Source of the DNA: Patescibacteria group bacterium
GTDB lineage: Bacteria; Patescibacteriota; Microgenomatia; 2-02-FULL-39-11
Length of the DNA stretch: 64,000 bases
Direction: 5' to 3'
Assembly: GCA_023379265.1 (NCBI GenBank)
Contig: JAMCUI010000009.1
Coordinates: 100,091 to 164,090 of the forward strand
The notes beneath the pieces are model-generated. The model was not told where the DNA came from, made no database searches, and saw only the letters and a program-made list of their open reading frames with translations. This document shows positions 57,680 through 64,000 of this stretch, in pieces. Within the stretch, counting starts at the first letter, position 1, and each line of letters starts with the position of its first letter. The position numbers and the translations under genes were made by a program.

Positions 57680-60136
57680 ATGCAAACTACTGAGGATCAG
57701 AATACGAAAACTTTACCAGTCGTACCTATACGTGACGGAGTTGTTTTCCCAAATACAGAGATAGTCCTTACTTTTGGCAGGCCCAAGTCACTAGCTGCAA
57801 TTGAAGCTTCAAATAATACCGACAGGATGGTTGTTCTTGTCATGCAGAAAACTCCGCATGTACACGATCCTTCCACAAATGATTTGTATAAAGTCTGCAC
57901 CATCGCCAGAATAGAGAGACTTCTAAAGACAGAGGGAGAAATAAATGCCCTGGTAAAGGGGATAAACCGCGTACAGATATTATCTTACGAATCCACCGAA
58001 CCCTATTTTCTGGCAAAAGTGGCAGAGTTACCTGATGAGGCAACAGGATCAGATGAGATAACAGCTTTGGTAAATCATATTACTGCCGAGTTGAAAAAAG
58101 CTGTCAATATGGGTAAATCGGTCGACTTCTTGTCATTTATGAATATCATGTCGGGACTGTCTCCGGCAGAATTTTCCAATCATGTTGGCGCTATTTTGGA
58201 TATAAAGCCGGTTGAAAAACAGCAGCTTTTGGAAATGACAAATGTCAAAGACAGATTGGTGAAAATTGCCGAGTACTTGACGCATGAAGTTAAGATTCTT
58301 GAGATTGAGCGAAAGATTGCCAGTAAAACTCAGGAGAAATTCGATAAATCAGTCAAGGAGGCAGTGCTGCGCGAGAGACTAAAGACGATTGAAAAAGAAT
58401 TAGGCGAAGAGGGTGAGACAAAAGAGATAAGAGAACTTGCAGATAAGATAAAAAAGGCACTTATGCCGTCGGAGGTTGAAGAAAGAGCCAGGAAGGAACT
58501 GAAACGTCTGGCACAAATGTCTTCCTATAATCCAGAGGCTTCATATGTGCGTACATATCTCGATTGGCTGATAGATCTTCCTTGGTCGGTGTCAAGTTCT
58601 AATAATGTTGATATAAAACAGGCGTCAAAAATACTTGATGAAGATCACTTCGGATTGCAGAAAATAAAGGAGAGAATTCTAGAGTATCTGGCCGTGATGA
58701 AACTTAAGGCCGGATTGAAGGTGGAAGACTCCGCTAAAACAAAAAAGGACGGCGATAAAGACGAAAAAAAGAATATCAAGATTGCCACACCGACAATTTT
58801 GTGTTTTGTCGGCCCTCCCGGAGTTGGTAAGACTTCAATCGGTCGTTCCATAGCCAGATCTCTTGGAAGAAAATTTATCAAAGTCTCGTTGGGAGGTATA
58901 AGGGATGAAGCTGAGGTGCGGGGTCACAGGAGGACGTACGTGGGAGCATTGCCCGGAAGAATCATACAGGGGATAAAACAAGCAGGCACAAAAAATCCTG
59001 TATTTATGCTGGACGAAATAGACAAAGTAGGTGCAGATTTCAGAGGAGACCCCTCAGCGGCACTTTTGGAGGCGCTAGATCCAGAGCAAAATCATGCCTT
59101 TTCCGACCATTACTTGGAAGTTCCTTTTGATTTGTCGGATGTCATGTTTATCACTACATGTAATGTTTTGGATACTATACCTCCGGCACTTCGCGACAGG
59201 CTTGAAGTGATACATTTCCCTGGGTATACTGAGGATGAGAAATATCATATAGCCCGTGATTACCTTATCGATAAGCAGCTTGAGGCGCATGGTCTGAAAC
59301 ATGACAATGTAGTGGTTACCGATAAAGCATTGCGGGAAATAATAAGGCGGTATACCAGGGAAGCAGGTGTCCGTAATTTGGAAAGAGAAGTCGCTAGGAT
59401 TTTCAGAAAAGTGGCAAAGGATCTGGTTGAAGGCAATAATAAGAAACATCTTATTACCACATCCGTTCTGCATAAATATCTTGGTCCACAGAAATTTACT
59501 TCATACTTGGCAGAGAAAAAGGATGAAGTGGGAATGTCCACTGGTCTTGCCTGGACTGAAGCAGGAGGAGATATACTTTTTATAGAGGTAGCTCTTATGA
59601 AGGGAAAAGGGAATCTTCTTCTGACTGGTCAGCTTGGAGATGTGATGCAGGAATCCTGCAAGGCGGCATTATCATATGTCAGGGCGCGTGCAAAATACAT
59701 TGGTATTTCAGAGAAGTTTTACCAGACGACAGATATACATGTTCATGTGCCTGAAGGGGCCGTACCCAAGGATGGACCTTCTGCCGGAGTGGCAATTACA
59801 ACCGCCCTTGTTTCCGCACTTACAAATACCGCTGTCAAAAAGGATGTTGCCATGACAGGTGAAGTGACTTTGCGGGGTAGAGCTCTTGAGATCGGCGGTG
59901 TAAAAGAAAAGGTGATTGCGGCACATAGGGCAGGGATAAAGACAGTAATATTGCCCAAAGCCAACAAAAAGGACCTTGAAGATATTCCAAAGTATGTCTT
60001 AAAAGATCTGAAATTTGTGTTTGTTGACCATATGGACCAGGTGTTAAAAGTAGCTCTAGTACAACCGCTGAAAAATGAGGAAGAAGTGACTCCGCAAACT
60101 GTTCCTCAACCCCTCACTGCCAGATTACATTCTTAA
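57680..60136 (+). CDS. lon: ATP-dependent protease Lon
   Basis: GPPGVGKTS, RGHRRTYVGA, PKDGPSAG, IGGVKEK. Confidence 0.98.
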   Translation: MQTTEDQNTKTLPVVPIRDGVVFPNTEIVLTFGRPKSLAAIEASNNTDRMVVLVMQKTPHVHDPSTNDLYKVCTIARIERLLKTEGEINALVKGINRVQILSYESTEPYFLAKVAELPDEATGSDEITALVNHITAELKKAVNMGKSVDFLSFMNIMSGLSPAEFSNHVGAILDIKPVEKQQLLEMTNVKDRLVKIAEYLTHEVKILEIERKIASKTQEKFDKSVKEAVLRERLKTIEKELGEEGETKEIRELADKIKKALMPSEVEERARKELKRLAQMSSYNPEASYVRTYLDWLIDLPWSVSSSNNVDIKQASKILDEDHFGLQKIKERILEYLAVMKLKAGLKVEDSAKTKKDGDKDEKKNIKIATPTILCFVGPPGVGKTSIGRSIARSLGRKFIKVSLGGIRDEAEVRGHRRTYVGALPGRIIQGIKQAGTKNPVFMLDEIDKVGADFRGDPSAALLEALDPEQNHAFSDHYLEVPFDLSDVMFITTCNVLDTIPPALRDRLEVIHFPGYTEDEKYHIARDYLIDKQLEAHGLKHDNVVVTDKALREIIRRYTREAGVRNLEREVARIFRKVAKDLVEGNNKKHLITTSVLHKYLGPQKFTSYLAEKKDEVGMSTGLAWTEAGGDILFIEVALMKGKGNLLLTGQLGDVMQESCKAALSYVRARAKYIGISEKFYQTTDIHVHVPEGAVPKDGPSAGVAITTALVSALTNTAVKKDVAMTGEVTLRGRALEIGGVKEKVIAAHRAGIKTVILPKANKKDLEDIPKYVLKDLKFVFVDHMDQVLKVALVQPLKNEEEVTPQTVPQPLTARLHS

Positions 60137-60207
60137 ATTGTAGTTTGAAGGTCTTAAATAGAGAGAAAATTACTCTGTTGTAGAATTTTTAGAACTAGTA
60201 TACAATC

Positions 60208-61059
60208 TTAATTTTGGCTATTTTTCATGTAGTTATAAACCAATCCGGAAATATTTACCATAGTTTTTTTTGTTTTTTCCACATCAGTAGTGTCAGTAGT
60301 CATAATACCAAGGTAGTAAGGTCTCTCTGGTAGGTCAATAATACCCACATCATGAATCTTGCCTACATCGTCTCCTGTTTTATGATAGATTTTTATACCA
60401 CTATTTTCTGGAATGCCTTCAGGAATCCGGTCGTCAAAGTCGCTCTTATCCATAAATCCAAGCATTTCAGCGGTAAGAGGTTTGGTGGTAATTTCTCCTT
60501 TGTACATTTTGGTAAGGAGTATAGACATATCTTTGACTGATGTTTGATTATCTATCATGTTGGTTTGATGCAATCCCCAAGAATCAACAAGTGACTGGAT
60601 TTTATCTTGTGTTAAGACAAGATTTGCCAATATATACGCAGCTGTATTGTCTGACTGTTCCATCATGAGGCGGGCTAGAGTTTTGAGGGAGTAGGGAGTA
60701 CCGGGTGTAGCATAACGCATGCTACCTGAGCCGTAATCCTGAATATCGTCAGGCTGTAAAATTATCACTTTATCCAGGTCAATTTCTCCCTGTCCAGCCA
60801 GTTGATAAAGAGCAGCGAGTATTGCGACTTTATTTACGGAGGCAGCAGTCATGACAGTATTCTCATCAATTCCAAAACCGTTTTTCTTATTTATATCGTA
60901 TATATATACAGAAAAAGTTCCTCCATCCTCTTTTTCTTTTTTTGATATTGCAGAGAGAAGTTCATCTTTTGAAGCGATTGGGGTCATATAGAAATTATTT
61001 TTACTGATAAATTTTCTCAATATATTTTTCTCGTTACTAAAAATTATTATTGCAGTCAA
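60208..61059 (-). CDS. Serine hydrolase, class A beta-lactamase-like (start uncertain, probably further upstream)
   Basis: AASVNK (SxxK), SDN, HKTG; a basic stretch and TM lie in frame upstream of 61059. Confidence 0.85.
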   Translation of the reverse strand: MTAIIIFSNEKNILRKFISKNNFYMTPIASKDELLSAISKKEKEDGGTFSVYIYDINKKNGFGIDENTVMTAASVNKVAILAALYQLAGQGEIDLDKVIILQPDDIQDYGSGSMRYATPGTPYSLKTLARLMMEQSDNTAAYILANLVLTQDKIQSLVDSWGLHQTNMIDNQTSVKDMSILLTKMYKGEITTKPLTAEMLGFMDKSDFDDRIPEGIPENSGIKIYHKTGDDVGKIHDVGIIDLPERPYYLGIMTTDTTDVEKTKKTMVNISGLVYNYMKNSQN

Positions 61060-61380
61060 GATGATCCCTATGCCTAAAAAAATTAATAATTTTTTTGGGA
61101 AACGCTTTTTTCTACTTTTTTTTCTTTTGTATTCGGCAAAAAGGAGTTTGGATAATTTTTTCTCAGTGAATCTGGTTTTAGATGAACAGAGTAGTCTCTC
61201 ATTTTTATTATGTGGATATTTTAGCAGAATGTTGCCGTTTGCTGAAGAAATGTAAAATTTATTACAAATATTTTATCCGATAAAAAATTGCCACTTGAAT
61301 TTTAAGTTTTGGGGTAACATAATGAAATTAAAGTTGCCCACAAGGAGTGGGTCTATTGATTGTTGGAGAATTAAAAAATC

Positions 61381-63261
61381 ATGCCAGCCCGTCGTAAAAC
61401 TCAAAAACTACAATCCATTCCAAAACTCTCACCGAACGCTGTTGTAGCATATCATAACAATGTCTATCTTCTTTACAGTCTGAAAACTGGCAAATTGAAG
61501 GATGTCAGGATCGACGAAAGTCGTGACGGTATTCGTTTTAATCCTGAAGAAGTAGGGAAGAAGGAAAATGCTTTAACCACTAGAAAAACTTCAGAAAAAA
61601 GCGATCTGGTAGATATCAGAATCGCTAGCATAGACTCCAATTTTTATATGACTTATAAGTCCCAGAAAGACGGTAAGAGCCATTTTTTTGGCAGTGTGTC
61701 TTCTGATTTGCGCCATTGGAAAGGAGCTGCTGAGCTTTCCCAGATAAACGAGACGGGAGTAGTCGTCTCTCAATTCAAATATAAAAATAAATATGTTATG
61801 TATTACGGCGACAGTATTATAAGATGTGCTTACTCAACTGATCTGAAAAGATGGGAAAAGGCAGGCGGGACTGTACTTGAACCACATAGAGATTTTTTTG
61901 GTGTTTCACCACTGAAAGTCGGAAACGCGTTTGTGACAAATGACGGTATCGTACTTCTTTACTATGTCCATGTGGCAGGCAAGGTACATAATAAATATTC
62001 TTTATTCCTTGCACTTTTGGACCGTGAAGATCCCACAAAGATTGTAAAGAGATACAACACTCCGCTTTGGGAAACCACCAGAGAATTGATGGACAAAGGT
62101 GTCTATCCTTTGGGAGTGGTGAGTCTTGGCGCCAAACTCATATCCTACTGGTTGGGAAGGGACGGTGTGGCTTATGCCGTAAGCCATATTTTGTCGAAGA
62201 AACAGGTGCAGAAAGTACCTGAAGTTTCGGCAGGTTTACTGAAAAAGCTTAAAGATAATCCTATATTAAAGCCAATAAGCGACCACTTCTGGGAATCAAG
62301 GGCGACGTTTAATCCGGCGGCTCTCTACGAAAAGGGAAAAGTGCATATAGTCTATCGAGCTATAGGGGATCATGATATATCAGTATTGGGATACGCGTCC
62401 AGTTCAGATGGAAGAAATATAGACGAGAGACATCCTGAGCCTATATTTGTGCCAAAAAGTCATCTAGGAGCTCATACTCCTTACGTGCAGCAGGCGCCTA
62501 GTCTTTCGTCATATACTTCAGGTGGAGGGGGTTACGGAGGGTGTGAAGATCCAAGACTGACAAAAATTGGGGATAAGATCTATATGACTTATGTAGCTTA
62601 TGATGGGCATAGCCCACCGCGTGTGGCACTGACATCAATAAAAGCAGATGATTTTTTTAATCATAATTGGGATTGGGAAAAGCCTGTTCTTATTTCTCCT
62701 CCTAACGTAGTTGATAAAAATGCCGTAATTTTCCCGGATAAGATAAATGGAAAATATGTCATCATGCACCGTATTTTTCCGAATATTCTTATAGACTATG
62801 TAGATAGTTTGGATTTTAATGGCAGTACGTTTCTTAAAGGCGAACACAAAATTCGACCAAGACTTGGCAAATGGGATAGTAGGAAAGTCGGGGCTGGAGC
62901 CCCTCCCATAAAAACTGATGAAGGATGGCTTCTTATCTATCACGCAGTTGGGGATAATGATAGTGCCAAATATAAGATGGGAGCTATGCTTTTGGATACA
63001 AAAGATCCCACAAAAGTACTATATAGGTCCAAAAGGCCCATTTTGGAACCTACAGAATCTTATGAAAACGAAGGTTATAAGGCTGGTGTGGCTTATCCGT
63101 GTGGCGCAGTTAAAAAAGATGACGAGCTTTTAGTTTATTATGGGGGAGCGGATATGGTGACTTGTGTGGCTTCAGCGAAATTATCCACATTTCTTTCACA
63201 GTTGAAATCTTCTGATGAGGCAGAAGTATATCCCCTCAATAGTCACGTGGCGATAAATTAA
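61381..63261 (+). CDS. GH130-like glycosidase/phosphorylase, two beta-propeller domains
   Basis: WESRATFNPAA, GCEDPR, KNAVIFP, GWLLIYH, YYGGAD. Confidence 0.88.
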   Translation: MPARRKTQKLQSIPKLSPNAVVAYHNNVYLLYSLKTGKLKDVRIDESRDGIRFNPEEVGKKENALTTRKTSEKSDLVDIRIASIDSNFYMTYKSQKDGKSHFFGSVSSDLRHWKGAAELSQINETGVVVSQFKYKNKYVMYYGDSIIRCAYSTDLKRWEKAGGTVLEPHRDFFGVSPLKVGNAFVTNDGIVLLYYVHVAGKVHNKYSLFLALLDREDPTKIVKRYNTPLWETTRELMDKGVYPLGVVSLGAKLISYWLGRDGVAYAVSHILSKKQVQKVPEVSAGLLKKLKDNPILKPISDHFWESRATFNPAALYEKGKVHIVYRAIGDHDISVLGYASSSDGRNIDERHPEPIFVPKSHLGAHTPYVQQAPSLSSYTSGGGGYGGCEDPRLTKIGDKIYMTYVAYDGHSPPRVALTSIKADDFFNHNWDWEKPVLISPPNVVDKNAVIFPDKINGKYVIMHRIFPNILIDYVDSLDFNGSTFLKGEHKIRPRLGKWDSRKVGAGAPPIKTDEGWLLIYHAVGDNDSAKYKMGAMLLDTKDPTKVLYRSKRPILEPTESYENEGYKAGVAYPCGAVKKDDELLVYYGGADMVTCVASAKLSTFLSQLKSSDEAEVYPLNSHVAIN

Positions 63262-63262
63262 G

Positions 63263-64000
63263 ATGGTAAGCATAGACAGATTTTCCGGAAACCCCTTGCT
63301 TTCACCTGACCCTAAAAAAAATTGGGAATCTGAGGCGGTGTTTAACGGTTGTGTGGTTGAGGAGAAAAATGCAGATGGAAGTTTTGTGCAACATATGCTT
63401 TATCGGGCAATGGGAAAAGCGCAAAACGTGGGTGGTATCAATTTAGAGCTTTCTACTATTGGTATTGCCGATTCCATAGACCGCATGCATTTCCAAAACA
63501 GGAGACAGCTAATTGTTCCGCAAAACGATTGGGAAAAATACGGTTGCGAGGATCCCCGCATCACCAAATTTGAAGGTAAGTATTATGTTTTCTATACTGC
63601 TTTATCAAAATTTCCTCCTGATGCAGACAGTATTAAGGTAGCTGTTGCGGTTACCACCAATTTGAGTAGGATTGAAGAAAAACACATTGTGACTCCTTTC
63701 AATGCCAAAGCCATGGCGCTTTTTCCGGAAAGAATAGATGGTAAGATTGCCGCCATACTGACAGTTCACACGGATCTTCCACCAGCCAAAATAGGCATTG
63801 CTCTTTTTGATGAAATTTCACAGATTTGGGACAGAAAGTATTGGGAAAGATGGTATGGAGATCTTGACCATCATGTGATTCCGCTTCTGCGTTCTATAAA
63901 CGATCATGTTGAAGTTGGAGCTCCTCCCATAAAAACCAGTGAAGGGTGGCTTATCCTATACTGCTATATACGAAATTACATGACATATCATAAGATTTTT
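63263..64000 (+). CDS. GH130-like glycosidase (partial)
   Basis: Manual translation MVSIDRFSGNPLL...WESEAVFNG...YGCEDPRITK...FPERIDGK...EGWLILY; runs off the window. Confidence 0.85.
   Translation, partial: MVSIDRFSGNPLLSPDPKKNWESEAVFNGCVVEEKNADGSFVQHMLYRAMGKAQNVGGINLELSTIGIADSIDRMHFQNRRQLIVPQNDWEKYGCEDPRITKFEGKYYVFYTALSKFPPDADSIKVAVAVTTNLSRIEEKHIVTPFNAKAMALFPERIDGKIAAILTVHTDLPPAKIGIALFDEISQIWDRKYWERWYGDLDHHVIPLLRSINDHVEVGAPPIKTSEGWLILYCYIRNYMTYHKIF

Noticed and set aside
1-64000. CRISPR array, IS transposase, prophage, or UGA recoding (code 25 or selenocysteine)
   Set aside because: No spaced direct repeats or hallmark genes; conserved genes are full length under code 11 and several end in TGA at the expected position.

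Overview
AT-rich bacterial chromosomal segment read with standard code 11. Gene content, scarce Shine-Dalgarno sites and many -10 boxes lying 6-8 nt from start codons suggest a Patescibacteria/CPR (Microgenomates-like) genome; this is inference, as no rRNA is present. From left to right: a partial sulfatase-like gene and tRNA-Gln(CTG); an accessory block of metal/efflux genes with an orphan PD-(D/E)XK-like protein; hflX, a tiny bL34-like ORF and a DEAD-box helicase; PadR and ArsR modules; an FTR1 iron permease; an RRM RNA-binding protein; a Pif1-like helicase; idi; an Rrf2-sufCBD-Rieske-sufSU-ferredoxin cluster; 2-oxoacid:ferredoxin oxidoreductase; lon with a CIRCE box; GH130 genes. The most notable observation is a ~125-145 nt non-coding element present twice (23729-23866 and 42497-42641). 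Each copy begins right after a strong sigma70 promoter and heads a ~345-350 nt leader of an RNA-chaperone gene (DEAD-box helicase; RRM protein). Its conserved blocks form two mutually exclusive helices and tolerate G-U substitutions, making it a candidate undescribed switch-like cis-regulatory RNA, possibly cold-responsive. Also notable: covarying long hairpins in the suf intergenic gaps, a putative Rrf2 operator shared by FTR1 and suf, repeat DNA inserted in frame in sufC and sufU, and a synonymously diverged in-frame duplicate of the ferredoxin 3' end. No CRISPR array, integrase or transposase was seen.
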